From Mobula hypostoma (Eukaryota), in the NCBI RefSeq assembly GCF_963921235.1, contig NC_086097.1, positions 158,164,001 through 158,228,000 of the forward strand: a stretch of 64,000 bases of DNA, written 5' to 3'. This document shows positions 49,456 to 63,342 of the stretch, piece by piece. The notes under the pieces were generated by a model. That model did no database searches. It worked only from the letters and a program-made list of their open reading frames with translations, and was not told the DNA's origin. Position numbers and translations under genes: made by a program. Within the stretch, counting starts at the first letter, position 1. Each line of letters opens with the position of its first letter.

Positions 49456-52400
49456 GAAAATCCCTATTCCTGAAGGCTTAGTGGGGCCAAGTTCCAGTGT
49501 ATCACTACAGATCAAGGGTATTTATGCTAGAGCCATACTTTACACAGACTCTCAGGTTACTCTGCTGTACCATTCATGTTACAACCAGTATTCGACACAT
49601 TTACCATTGACGCCACTCAGTGCACTAGAGATCTGGAGTCTCGGTATGGATGGCTAGCCGTATGATGGTTACTTGTTATTGAAGCTGGAGTTTTCGGAGG
49701 CAAATGTGGGAGTAGCTGATGTCCTTGATACATTAGTGTTGGTTTGTCCGGACCCAGTCGAGAAGAGTGAATCTTCAATTCTTTTGGGAATGAATACTCC
49801 TATTCTGAGGAGGCTAATGGGAGCCTGCAAGGAGAAGGTGAGAAGCTTGGAGAAAGCTTTCTGAAAATATTGTCCATTCACCCTGTGTTCCGAGCTGCTT
49901 TTGAGGAAGTGTGTGGCCGCACTGGGTGGGATATTGAGCATAAATAAGGGACTGTGTGGTACACCCAGTCCAAACCGATTGTGTTACAGCCTGGGGATGT
50001 AGCTAGAGTGACAGCAAACCCCAAGTTTCCCGGAGTGTCTGATGCCGACGTCCCCGGTTTAAGACCATGAAGAGGATTAACGCTTACCTGCTGGGGTACT
50101 GGTGAGGCTGAGACTGCAGAAGCCCTCAGTTGTACAGGTGAACAAGATGACAGTGATTGTTGGGAAGACCTTGGAGAGGGAGGTCACCCTCAGGTGGGGG
50201 ATGCCAATGACACACCTTTCTGGTGACGGCAATGTCCAGTGTCCCGGTGAAACAAGCAGGGGAGAAACTCTCTCCAAAAAAGGGTAAGTTGACTGCCAGG
50301 TTATTCAACTTTGGGGACTCCCTGGTACCTGGAGGTTGAAAGAGGAGGTTGATAGAGAAGATGTTGAAACTAGGAGATGTCTTTTCTACTGTCGAGTTTG
50401 GTGTGGGTTGTTCCAAGGGCTCTCGCCACACCATCCAGGTGACAGAGGACACGCCGCCCAGAGAAAGGTTGTGGCAGCTGGTGCCTGCAGAGGTGGAGGA
50501 TGTTTGGCAGCATCTGTGGAAACTGAAAGAAGCCAAGGTCATCACTGAGTTCAGAAGCCCTGATGTGTCTCCAATAGTAGGTGCCAAGAAGGAGAATGGG
50601 AAGATACAGATGTGTGTGGACCATTGGACTCCGAACAGGTGTACAGTCCCCGGCTAGTATACGGTCCTGAGAATCGAGGATGTGTTGGCTTACCTGTGAT
50701 TTGCGAATTAGGTATTATCAGAAACAATGAGTGAGGCTGGCAAAGAGAAGACGACATTGATATGTCCTTCCAGTTTGAAAGGCTGCCCCAGGGCATATTG
50801 GGAGCCTCGATGACTTTCCAGCATGTCATAGAGAAAACTGTGGGGAATATGAACTTGTTTGAGGTGTTGGTGCACTTGGATGACCTCATTGTGTTCAGGT
50901 CCACTTCAGAGGAATATGTAGCAAGGCTACTGAAGGAGCTGGGCTGCCTGAAAGCTGAAGGGTTAAAACCTTCCCTGGACACGTGCCAGTTCTGCAAGAT
51001 GTCTCCCAACAATGTTGGGCACATAGGCTCTCAATATGGAGTAGCTACTGATCCGTCTGACATAGAGGTGGTGACCACGTGTCCAAGGCCCCCGACGGTG
51101 AGTGCCCTGCACTTGTTCCTCGGATTCAGTGGGTACTATTGGAGGTTTGTGAAGGGGCTACTCTAAAGTGAGTCGCCCTTTAAATCAGCTTCTGTGGGGT
51201 TACCCTCCCTTGGGGAAGAAAGGAAGGAGGACAAAAGAAGAAGATGGTAAAGATCATTTTAGCCCTTTAGAGCCTTTTGGAGCAAGATGGGATGCGAAAT
51301 CTGAAGAGGCCTTTCAGTTGCTGAAGGAGCTGATGACAAAAGTTCCTGTGTTGGCTTTTGCAGACCACCGATTGCTATATGTGTTGCATACAGACGCCAG
51401 CAAAGAGGGCTTGGGGTGTTCTGTATCAATATCAGGACACAGGGTTGAGACCTGTTGTGTTTGTCAACCGGAGTCTGTCAACCGTTTATTAAAATGACCC
51501 CACACTCCAGTTGGAGTTCCTGGTATTGAAATGGGTTGTGATGGATAAGCTAAGTGACTATCTATATGGTGCTAAGTTCGAGGTGAGGAAAGACAACAAC
51601 CTATTAACTTGTATCCAGACCTCGGCGAAATTGGATGCCACAGGCCAGTGTTGGTTGGCAGAACTGTCTGCCTGTAATTTCAGCCTGAAGTACTTACTGG
51701 CCGTGGAGTTGGAACATCGATGCTGACACATTGTCCTGACATGTGTATGAAATGTTGAACAGGGACGGAGAGTGGGAGAGTTTTCCTGCCTCTGGAGTTA
51801 AAGCATTGTGCCAGTTTTCCATCATGGGGAAGGCAGAGGAGAGTCGAGGGCAGAATTGAGCAGTAGATCATTTGGGAGCTTCTGATGGACTCGTTCCACA
51901 AGCTTACTGCAATCTGATTGCTCTGAAGACAAAGTAGTTGCCTGAATTGCGTCCTGGGGAAGTGGCCGCCACTCAGCCAAGTGACCCATGTATAGGTACC
52001 ATTTGGTCAGCGGTTGTGAAAGGGGACATCGCCCGAGCGGACAAGATGAAATACTCAGCGGTATCTCTACTACTGAGAGAATGGCCCAGATTGGAGCTGA
52101 GAAACCAGATTCTATACTGGGTCATGTCACCTCCTGACAGGCCTCAGCGTTCCCAGCTGATTCTGCCTGAGAAGTCTCAGAGGATTGTGTTGAAGTCACT
52201 TCATGATGATTCTGGTCATTTGGGGGTTGACAAGACTAATGGATTGGTCAGAGATCAGTTCTACTGGTCCCAAATGCAGCAGGAGATCGAAAAGTACTGC
52301 AGGTCGTGCATCCAATGTATATGGAGGAAGACGCTGCTTATGACGGTCGCTCTGTTCTCTCATTTACAGAGTGTGGGGCCACTTGATTTGGTGTGTATGG

Positions 52401-55020
52401 ATTTCCTATCAATAGAGCCTGATGCCAACAAAGTGGCAAATATCTTGGTTATTAAAGATCAAGGCACCAGATATGTGCAAGCCTTCCCTACCAAGGATCA
52501 GAGGGCATCCATCATGGCCAGAGTATTATGGGAGAAGTATTTCATTCATTATGGTCTCCTCAGGCAGATACATAGTGATTAGGCATGGAATTTCAAGAGT
52601 AAGCTCATACATGAGTTACTGAGCATGCTCGGAGTCAAGAAGTCGAGGACTATGCCTTATCACCCACAGGGTGATCCCCAGCCTGAGAGGTTCAGTTGGA
52701 CATTGCTGGACATGTTTGGAACCTTAGAGGTCAGTAAAAAAGAACGACTGGAGTCAACATATTGGGCATCTCGTCCACTGCTACAACCTTACACAGAATG
52801 AAGCTAATGGGTACTCGCTGTATTACCTGATGTTTGGGCATGAAGCGAGGTTGCCTATTGACCTCTGTTTTGGTACTGGCATGGAAGAAATTCACAGAGA
52901 TCTGTCTGAAGTATGTGTCTGATATGAGAAAGGAGCCGCAAAAGGCTTATGAACCAGCTGAGGTCTTGGCTACTAAGCAGAATCAAGGAAATAAGAGGAG
53001 GTATTGAATTGACTTTATTTCGTTCATCCTTCACATACATGAGGAGTAAAAATCTTTACATTACGTCTCTGTCTCAATGTCCAATGTGCAATTTATAATT
53101 ACTTGTAACAAATAGTATGTACAGTAGATATACAACAGAACAATAAACATAGCTTGGAAATACAATTGTGTTAGCATGAATTAATCTGATGGCCTGGTGG
53201 AATAAGCTGTCCCAGAGCCTGTTGGTCCTGGCTTTAATGCTGTGGTACCTTTTCCTGGATGGTAGCAGTTGGAACAGTTTGTGGTTGAGGTGACTCAGGT
53301 CCCCTATGATCCTTCAGGCCTTTTTTACACACCTTTCAGTGTAAATGTCCCGAATAGTGGGAAGTTTACATCCACAGATGCACTGGGCTATCTGCACCAC
53401 TCTCTGCAGAGTCCTGCAATTGAGGGAAGTACAGCTTCCATACCAGCCAGTGATATAGCCAGTCAGGGTGCTCTCAATTGTGCCCCTGTTGAAAGTCCTG
53501 AGGATTTGGGAGCTCATGTCGAACTACTTCAACTGTCTGAGGTGAAAGAGGCACCTCTTTTCACCACACAGCCGGTACGTACAGACCAAGTGAGGTCCTC
53601 AGTGATGTGTATACCAAGGAACTTATGTCTCTTCACCCTCTCAACCCCAGATCCATTGATGTCAATAATGATTAGCCTGTCTCCAATCCTCCTGTAATCT
53701 ATTACCAGCTCCTTTGTTTTTGCGACATTGAGGGAGAGGTCATTTTCTTGACAGATGACGACTTTTTAGGCTGCCTGGTTATTATTTGAAATAAGGCCAA
53801 TTAAAGTAGTATCGTCTGCTGATTGGAGATTTGGGTGGTGACACAATCATGGGTGTACTGAGAGTTAAGAAGGGGTTGAGGACACAGCCCTCGGGCTCCT
53901 GTGTTGAGTGCCAGAGGGGCAGAGGTAAGGGAGCCCACTCTTAATATCTGCTAGTGATCTGACAGGAAGTCCATGATCCAGCTGCACAAGGGAGGGTGAA
54001 GGCCAAGGTCCCTGAGCTTGTCAAGGCTGTAGGGAATTATGGTGTTGAATGCTGAACTGTAGTCCAAGAACAGCATTCTCACATAAGCATCCTTGTTCTC
54101 CGGATGTGTACGGATGGTGTTTAGAACTGTAGCTATTGCGTCATTTATTGATCGGTTATGTCGGTAGGTGAATTGTAGGGGTCCAGTGTGGGTGGTAGCA
54201 TGCTGCAGATGTAGTCCTTGACCAGCCTGTCAAAGCATTTGCTTATTATTGAGGTGAGTGTGACAGGCCGCAGTCGTTCAGATATGTTATCTTGGCCTGT
54301 TTTGGTACAGGAACAATGGTGGATAACTTGAAACAGGAGGGCACTCTACACTGGGAGAGGGAGAGATTAAAAATGCCTGCAAATACACCAGCCAGTTGTG
54401 CCGCACACACTCGGAGCACCCGCCCTGGGATGTCGGCCGGTTCTGCAGCCTAGCGACTGTCCACCCATTGGAAACATCTGCGAACCTCAGCCTCAGAGAT
54501 GACCAAGGTGGAGGTCACCTCTGGGGCTCAGTGTTGGCGACAGTGATGAGCATGAAAAAGGCTAGGCTCTTCTGGGAGAGAGGCAGTGACGTTGGCAGCA
54601 CCAATGCATTTAGCTTTGAAGTCTGCGAAGATGTACAGACCTAGTGATAAGCTGCGTGTGTTGTTGGTGGAGAGTTGTGTCTGGATCTTTTCCTTGTATA
54701 GTCGTTTTGCTGCCTCGATGACCTTGCTTAAATTGTAGCTGCATTTCTAGAGTATGATCAAAAAGTTAGGTTCTCCCAATTAATGCCTAGAGACTGAGTC
54801 CTTATAAAGAATTTGGGCTACCTGGGAAGCATAAGTTGGCTGACCGCGGGGCAGCTAACCCATATGTGGTGGAGAGACAGATGCCAAATATAACAGTTTT
54901 CCAGGTGAAGCCAGAGGATGGGAATAGACCTGTCAAGATTCTCCATCGTAACCACCTTCTACCTCTGGGGTAGGAGGTATGTGTTGACCCAGAGCCTGAC
55001 CTGGGCCCTACTCCTAGTAA
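49456..55020 (+). pseudogene. pol: Gypsy Pol remnant (protease, RT, RNase H, integrase), interrupted by a Rex1 copy
   Basis: PR: AILYTDSQVTLL (decayed LDTGSQ). RT: SPIVGAKKENGKIQMCVD, FERLPQG and VHLDDLIVF. RH: LHTDAS and EFLVLKWVV...DYLYG. IN: HDDSGHLG...CRSCIQC, DLVCMDF and IHSD. Confidence 0.88.
53005..54751 (-). mobile_element. Rex1/Babar LINE 5'-truncated copy inserted in the integrase C-terminal region
   Basis: Same 3' end as 48018-49455 (atccttcacatacatgag...aaaaatctttaca). Contains GTIESTLTGYITGWYG. Short duplication gtat at 53001-53004 and 54752-54755; removing the insert restores KRRYDQKVR. Confidence 0.88.
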
Positions 55021-55635
55021 GAGGACTCTATGGTGACTTGAAGGACATGCAGTGAAAAGGTAGACCGGACCCACCCCTGAACATCATATGAACTCCGAGG
55101 ATGAGGAAATGGGGATGAGGTATATGCTGCCCTCTGCAAGCTCCCCAATAATGACTAAGAGATTCCCAGCGCTTCTGATGCCAAGGTGGGTAAAATGGGG
55201 GGACTAGCAGTGGACAGGCAGGCTTGTACTTAGAAAATGATGGGAGGCTGGACTCTAAAGTAGTGGGGTATGAAGCAGAGCACAGCCAAGTGATGAGGGG
55301 AGCTGAGTTGTTGGGAGGCACAAGTAATGCTCAACGAAGCGCCCCCCCCCCCATGTTGACAGGAAAGAGCCCAAAGATGTCTGCTGCTGAAGAAGTAGAT
55401 GATGGCGTAAGGAAGTCTCAAAGAGTCAGGAAACCCCCCAGACAGACTGGCCTATGTCGCGCCCAGGGAACAGGGTGTGGCACCCATCCCCTTGGTGAGA
55501 TACGTCACTGCCATTTACGCCTGGGTTGGAGGTCCTGATATCATGAAATTTCTTTGAGACTTTGTGCTATTTATGAAGCAGTGATAAGTAATCTCAAAGT
55601 CATGAGGACATTATTAATTTTGTTGCGGGAAGGAG

Positions 55636-56165
55636 TGTAATACATGGGGGAAGGTTTCACTTCTGATGTAATGATCTTTCTGTAGAAGTAGGGTTTGGGT
55701 TATGGGTATGATAATGGGTGCTTTTGAATGTAAGCCATATAATCAGGGGAGCAGGTCTTTGCTGTGTGCCTGATACTGGTGTGAGCTGTAGAACTGGACC
55801 CGGTGGGGAACCGTGATTCGATGGAGCAAGCTGCAGAGGTCTCTTAAGCATTGTTGAATATGACTTTTGGAAGAGTTGAGCTCCAACTTGTGCATATTTG
55901 ACTGTTTAATTATAATGAGCTTTTTTTGTTTTTTTTTCTTTTCTAATCCTTTAGTTAAGATTCATAAATATAATTTCTTTAATTGTATGCAGTGTGCTAT
56001 CTGTTATTTCTTTGCACTGAGTTGTACCAGGGTAGCAAATTACACAGCATCCACACAAACCGGGGTTTTGGGTAGAAGAGCCGTCCCAGTCTCATGGGTT
56101 TGGCTGGACTGGAGTGTGTGTTCCCTAGACTTACGCAGCTCAAGGAAACCGGGGTTTGAGCTATG
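55636..56165 (+). repeat. 3' LTR
   Basis: Follows the PPT, starts TGTAA and matches the 5' LTR. The 3' end is approximate (gctatg, possibly a decayed gctaca). Confidence 0.75.
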
Positions 56166-56189
56166 ATTTGGTTGTTCAGTGCATCTTCT

Positions 56190-56505
56190 CCCTTATGGTG
56201 TTGATTAGAAAAGGGTGTACACTAGAGGGTCATTAATGATGGATAATGCCCACTTAGTTCCCTGGATGGTGAGAAGGGAAGAGATGGAAGGATAAGTCTG
56301 CAATTGTCGAGGAAAGTGCCTCATGGGCAGGGGAAGATGGTTACTGGTGGGAATGGAAGGGTGAACCAGGAAGTTACAAATGAGATGATTCTTGTAAGGT
56401 TGAAAGAGGAAGATCTTTCTGGTGATGGAATCTCCAATGTAGTAGAAATTGCAGAGAGTCATCTGTTCAGTGTGGAGGATGGTGGGGTGAAAGGTTAAGA
56501 CCAAG
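56190..56505 (-). mobile_element. Old PLE remnant (region upstream of GIY-YIG)
   Basis: Minus ORF begins VLTFHPTILHTEQMTLCNF (cf. PLVLTYHP) and includes TYPSISSLLTIQGTK. Confidence 0.6.
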
Positions 56506-58899
56506 GGTGAGAGTTGTCATGACCTTGCTGGTTCACTCTCCTTGAATTGAGGGGCTAAGATGCTCAATTATAATGTAAAAGTCTGTTGGTGTAATGAAGA
56601 TTATAAATGTGGCCCTGCTATCATCATTCCTTACTTCAAATTAACAATTAAATGGAAAGCAAACGTGATTAATGCTCTATTATCTGCATCATTTTAAGAA
56701 AAAAGGATGCATTCTGAGACCTGCTTTCTTCATTTTAAGTGTGAATGAAATAAGAACTTAGCTCAGTTTTTCATCAAAAGAACCATTTTACTCTTCTCAG
56801 ATATTTTGACCTCTCAGATGAATCCAGACTTGTATTGTTTTATGTCGGTGTTAGATTTTGTTGGATAGATCTCTTGGGGAATGTCAGAGTATATTTTTAT
56901 TTGGTAAATGATACAATATAACTTTAGTTTAAGTTTTTATATTGTTGGAAAATAGTCTTGCTCTGCTTGAATTCTTGCAGTCCAATGTTATTTAAAGAAA
57001 CTGTGAAATTAATATAGATGTAACAAATATTTAGGTCAAGATGCACATTTTTTTCCCCAAGGATTTTCTTAAATGGATTTCTCTTTGCTTGACCTCCTGA
57101 TCCACTTTTAATTCTCCTTTATTCAATTATGACAGAGTCACTATATTTTTGATCTGTTTATCAAATAAATATCATTGTGCAAATATAAATTCAAACTGAA
57201 TGACATATGTCTGATTGCTTCATTTAGTTTCCTGAGTGTTTCAGCTTTATTTTCTGCTTGTGCCTTCCATTCTTTCTACTTTTTCACTCATTCAGTCCAA
57301 CCTTAAAAAGTATAATGTTATCAGAAATGAGATGCGGCAACACTTGAATGATAAAATAATTCGTGTGTTTATACAGAAGAAATGACATAATCTCACTGGA
57401 CGGGAGCTATATTATACTAGAGTGAAAGACCATTTATGTTTTCTTAAGTAAATTATTAGTTCATAGCAATTCAACTGAATACCCCGTTGAATAATGCAGA
57501 GATGCATTTGTTTTATGAAACAGTTGCTCAAGGGCTTTATACCGCTAGGAATTATGAACACAATGCAACTACAAAGAGGACCCTTTTTGGTCCAAATTGC
57601 ATGAAGAACAGGACATTTTTTAAAAATAAGTGCATCTTCATAGAGTGGCAAATGCAATTTTGTAACTTTGTCAATATTGTGACAGCACAAGTTGCAGATC
57701 TGCAAATCCTTGATTGGACATGGTAAACAGTTTTCGTCACCCACTGTGACTGTCATATAGCTCAGTAGCTGAGAGCTGCGAGGATGACAGTTATATGCGG
57801 GTTTGTGGCTGTAAGAGTTCAACTGCTTTGACTTCTAATTTTGCTTTAAAACGACAATTTCTAGAAGCTTAGTGCATTTTTGAATAGTCTGAACCACTCA
57901 TTCTCCATTGAAATAATTGTTCTTTATTTGGAACATGGAGGTGCCTTGTATTTCCTGGCAATTCTGAGCTCAGTTAGTTCATGTGAACTTGGATTTGCTT
58001 TGCTTTGTTTCCACTTAAGTGCTTTTGTGCACTGGAGTGGGTACTGTATCCCACTCAGAAGTACAGGTACCAGTATTGATCCTCTTGTCACTCTTATCTC
58101 AGTACATTAACTTGGCACAGATTAACTCGGTCAATATGACTTTGGAAAATCTTCCGGTTTAAGATGGCTCCTTTGAACCTCAGTGACTTCAGGCTGATGG
58201 CTAACAAAATAAGGACAACAACTAAATGCTTTGTTAACCACACTTTTTCTGGTAAACAGTCATTGCAAGTAATAGTCTGTAACTTCCCTTTGGACTTGGA
58301 GGCAATGATAGTGGAGAAAAATTCTGGTCTAATGCTGTTTAGTGTCTAAACTTTTGACTATCATGACATTCCTATCCCAATCAATCCCAGATAGGGGCAA
58401 ACTTTTCAGAGACAAACAGGGATTCAACTCTTGCTAAGAGATTTACTTGGACTCAATCTTAATGTAAATGTCCTGGATTCCATCTTGCAGTAAACTCTTA
58501 AGTCTTGCTCGTCACAAATCTGTGACTTATTTTGTAAAAGATGTGTGTTCAGTGAAAAACAAGAAAGCATTGGGAGAAGAGAAAAGTTCATAACAATTAA
58601 TGGGGAGGAAGTTCCCATCCTCATTTTCCACTTCTTGGAACAGGAGGGAGTATCTGTGAATGACAGAGGCAAAATAATTGTTGTCAATAAAGAAATCAGA
58701 TCACATTATAATACCAAATAGGGTTTCCCTATTGTTAGGGAAAGTCTTTGTCAAGGTCATTCTCAAATCTTTCCACCTAGTGATGAAAGAACTGTTTCCA
58801 AAACCATACTTGTGATTTGTTCTTGTGGAGGTATGATGGACATGATCTTCAAGATACAAGATTGTTTGATGCCACTTCCAATACACAAGTGTAAAGGAG

Positions 58900-60870
58900 A
58901 ACAAAATACTGTAAGGTTACACTGGATTCAATACAGCACAAAAACACAGTAAGAAAAAGAACACAATAAACTTGTAAAAGCTAAATTATGTGTTGTATAT
59001 CCATAAGGTGGTGCTAGGCATGGGAGTGTCTGTACATAGGCAATTCTGGCAGGAAATAATAAAGTAGCGGGGGAGGGGGTTGTTGAGGTTTTTATCCGCT
59101 TATTGTTTGTTAGAGTGAGTTCTTTTTTGGGTAGATGATTTGTTTACACTTAACTGACTTTGGCCACCAGACTTCTATTTGACAAAGTACTGTGGATTGA
59201 GTCCACAACAATGCGCTTCCTAAAAGGTGTGAATACCAGATGCTCCTGGCGCCGTAGTTTGACCTGATGCTGTAGTTTCGAAGACAGTATTGTCGATACA
59301 TTATAAATATTAATTGTCTTCTATGTTAGCACGTAAAATGCCGAATAAATGTATTGTGGATTTAACTAAAGGCTGTGGATACCAAACCAGATATGTTGGC
59401 GTCGGAGGGAAAGGATGAAATCCGAAGGTGTGATGTTTGTATGTAGCTTCAAAAGGAAGCATTGTCTATGCATTGTCTATAACTTTTTAAGTAGCGATTG
59501 CCTTTGTGTTTAGAGTATAAATATCGAGCCCACATTGAGCTAGCAGACCTTTCTACGGAAAGCGTCTCCATCCGTATGATGCCTGCTTGTTGTGTTTAAT
59601 AAAGAAGCTGCTTTGTATCTACCAGTGACTCTGTCTCTCCGGTGATTTCATCCATGCTACAACATTGTTCAAGAAAAGTAATTTTCTTTTAGCCTGGTGG
59701 TCCTGGTGTGGATGCTACGTAGCCTCCTCCCTGATGGAAGTGGGACAAACAGTCCATAAGCAGGGTGGATGGGATCCTTCATGATGTTACTGGCCCTTTT
59801 CCGGCACCATTCTGTATAGTTGTTCTAGATGACAAGTATCTTGGTGCCAGTGATGAGTTAAGCAGGTGTGACTACCTGTTGTAGAGCCTTCCTGTCCGCT
59901 GCAGTGTGGTTTTCGTACTAAACAGTGGTGCAGCATGATGGGATGTCCTCTTCTGCACATCTTTAGAAGATCGTAGGTATTGATGTGCACAGTCCAGCTT
60001 TCTTCAGACTTCTCAGAAAGTGGATGCGTTGGTGAGCTTTACTAATTGTGTAGGATATTCTCTGGGACCATGAGAAAGTATGTGAGATGTGAACTCCCAG
60101 GTGTTTAAAGCTGCTTGCAGTTTCCCCTGTTGTTCCGCCGATGTACAGAAGAGTACGAGTGGTGCGAGTTTTTCCTGACGTTGATGACCATCCTCTTTGT
60201 TTTGTTGACATTGAGAAAGAGATTATTTAGCACCAGGCCACCTCCTTTCTGTAAGCTGTCTCATTGTTATTGGTGATGAACCCCAATATTGTCATGTCAT
60301 CAGCAAACTTGACAATGTGATTATTGGGTGTTCGGCCATGCAGTCGTGTGTGAGCAGAGTGTACAGCAGCGAGCTCAGCACACAGCCCTGGGGAGGCACC
60401 TGTGTTGATGATGAAAAGGATAGAGGAACAGTTGTGTGTCCTGGCTATCTGAGGTCTGTTGGTAAGGAAGTCCAACACTCAGTGGTGTATTTAGACCAAG
60501 AAGAAGGAGTTTGTTCACCAAGATCTGTAGGACAATAGTTTTGAAAGCTGATCTGAAATCCAGAAACAGCATTCTGACATAAGTGTCCTTGTTTGCCAGG
60601 GGTGTCAGGGCCAGGTGCTTGACGTGCTAAAGCATCTGTTGTAGTCTGGCACTGTCGGTAAGCACATTGTTGGAGGTCCAGTGTGGCTGGAATGGAGTTT
60701 TTGATATGTGCCATTACCAGCTGTTCAAGGAACTTCATGATTGGTGTCAGTGCCACCAGGTGATAGCTGTTTAGCTCTGAAGGTGCATACTTCTTTGGTA
60801 CAGGGATAATGGTGTTTCATGTGAAGCATGTGGAGACAGCTGCCTGGATAAGAGAAGTGTTGAAGATTTC
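58900..60870 (-). mobile_element. Rex1/Babar LINE fragment interrupted by a solo LTR
   Basis: [54 protein letters not shown] and KAHQRIHFLRSLKKA. Confidence 0.85.
59108..59664 (+). mobile_element. Solo LTR with 5-bp TSD
   Basis: TGTT...AACA ends, TSD ttgtt at 59103-59107 and 59665-59669, TATAAA at ~59516 and AATAAA at ~59599. Confidence 0.8.
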
Positions 60871-61926
60871 TCAGGCACCAAGAGAATCGAGGGGGCTGCA
60901 TCAACCATTATATGTAGCCTCATTTTTATCTCACTAAAAACTTCAACTCATGGGCACCAGTAATCCTTAACTTTTTCCATTGAATAAGCCATGGACTGAT
61001 TTAGAGAGGTAAAAGTACCACCAATGCCGCCTCTGCAAAATCCTCAAATCCACTGGCCAGATAAAAGTTTTTCCCTGGCCAACATTCTTAATGCTCCGAG
61101 GCTCTAATTGAGCTCTAGTAGCTCAGGTGATCATCCCACTTCAATCACATACTTCTGTCAGAATCTGGATCACAACAAGAGATTACCAGGTAGACTGAGG
61201 AATGGCCTGTATAAGTATATGTGAACAGATATATAATTGCCTGAGAACTCTAGCCAGGATCACTGAAAGTTGAAAGGAGCATTTGAGATGCCAACATAAA
61301 CTTTTGAGTTTAAGGATGAGGAGCACATTGAAGCCAGAAGTAAATTGAAAGAGTTCACCGCCTCTTAATAGGCCTACCAGCTGCCCTGTCAAGCACCTGC
61401 TACATTATCTGTGGCAGAGTCTATGAATCGGACTTTGACCTCCTCAGCATCCTGAGACCCACGGAACTGGAATATGAGGCAAATCATCCTCCTGACTGAG
61501 AAGAAATAAATTGTAAGAATGCAGAATTTAGCAAAGCAGTCATAAAATTACCAGGTATTTTCCACAGACCTAAAGTAGCCAAACATCTGTTGTTAGATAA
61601 GTTATCAAGTCAACTCGAGCTTCTTGTCCTGAACCAGGGTGGAGCAAAATTTTGTTGGCACACAGCTGTCAATGCTGTCCTTTGATTAGTTAAACCACAC
61701 CAGGAATAAAAAAAACATCATCATTATCTTTACTGCAAAATGCCGCAGTAAATTTTAGTTTCAACCTAGGAATGATGAGATGTTTTCATAGGAAATGTCA
61801 CACGCCAACTTGGTGCTAGATAGATGGTTGCAAGAACACCTGACGTTTGATAATACGTTTTGAAATCCTCGCAGACCTTGGACACTCATCAGTATTTGGA
61901 TAGTGTCTGTTACATCAGCAGTATTG

Positions 61927-62710
61927 CAGTGGATTCCACTTAGCTGGGACACATTGGGACCAGTACATTTTGACCCAAGTAAGTGGCTGCTTCAATTAGC
62001 CAACTTTCATGGAAGTGGTTAAAAAGATATAATAAAGACAAACTACCATCTAACTGAGTAATTATTATGTATTTAAATGAAATACAGAACAAATAAGAAC
62101 ACTACCAATACCAGTGGTTGTCCGTCGCATTCGACAATGACAGGAAATGTGTGGGTGGGTGGTTAAAGTGGAAAAGCCATTGCACTGGGGAAGTTCCACT
62201 CTCTCGACATTGGAAGTCCAGGATGAGTAGACGTCACATTTGGGGTCTCCCCTGCTTGCAGTTAATGACCATGACTACTTTTGTGCCTCATTATGCTCTT
62301 CACTCTGCAAATAGTGTTGCAGAATTGCCTTCTTGGCCATTGGATCTCACTGTTGATCTCACCCATCCAGTCTGTTGGAGCTAACTTTGCATGCTAGAAT
62401 AGGCGCGTCCCTGTCTCACCGGGTATGAGACCTGCTGGCTACCCTCACCTGCTTAAACCCGCCTGTCAAAGCAGTGTACCAGAGTGTGGTCACTGTTGCA
62501 TGCAAACAGCTACTTGGAGCCAAGGTAAGAGCTGAGTGTCTAGTGGGGATAACATTCAACATTCAAGATGATTGTTGATGCCTTCAAATTATTTGTAGGC
62601 CCTAACTTGTTGAAGCAGTGAAATTGTTTTATTTTCATTCGCGGCTTTTTCTGGAGTTTCCAAGTCTGAATGCTAGAAATCGCAGTGAGCAAAACAGTTC
62701 TGAATTGACT
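61927..62710 (-). mobile_element. Tigger/pogo-like remnant split by a ~450-bp insertion (~62115-62560)
   Basis: TIR-like cagtggattccacttagctggga at 61927. The minus strand of ~62680-62706 reads IQNCFAHCDF, like the pogo DDE C-terminal motif IxNCFxxxGF. Confidence 0.5.
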
Positions 62711-63342
62711 GTTACGGGAAAGCAGGCTGACAGGTTTGGTAAGTGAGACAGAAGACACCGATTACAATTAAGCACATTAACCATTTATTTATAGACGAAC
62801 AGTAAAACGTTTGACCAGATATGTAAGTCAAACAAGTACTCATCTGAGCCACTTCAAGTTTAAAAAAAACTGACTCAAAACATTCAGTAAACCTTCAATC
62901 TGAACAGATACCTTGAGCCTCTCCAAGTTGCACAACTACAAAAATGAAACAGTAAACAGTTACTTAACTAAGTGTACATGTGGACCCTGCTATATTTGCA
63001 GCATACTCTCCCAGTGGTTCTTCAGCATTGGTCACGACCTCAGTTTGAAGAAGAACACCTGGAGACAAAGGAAAGTCTTTGTCTCTCGCATGTACTACTC
63101 TTGCATCCCTGAGGTGGCTGGAGTGGGAGACCAGTGCTGTGGCACGCATGGCAGCCAGTGGCATATTGCTGTTGCGCCCCTTGAATGGGCCAATCCATGA
63201 ATAACGCAACAGAACCAACTTTTGACTGGCAAGTAAATTAACCCCTCACCTTACAATGACTCTAAAATAGTATTGCCAAAGCAAACTCGCTTAGGTATTT
63301 ATGTGTTGGATGTTAGGTATATTTGTGAAAAAATGATAAATA

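Larger units (their letters stand above)
45762..56165 (+). mobile_element. Decayed Ty3/Gypsy LTR retrotransposon with PNMA-like Gag
   Basis: Homologous LTRs starting TGTA at 45762 and 55636, with a purine-rich PPT (gggaaggag) just before 55636. Internal order is gag-PR-RT-RH-IN. Confidence 0.9.

Noticed and set aside
57560..57860. Possible conserved enhancer (TGACAG, GTAAACA, CCAAT-like motifs); similar cluster near 26340-27080
   Set aside because: Motif density is not clearly above chance, and conservation cannot be assessed from this sequence alone.
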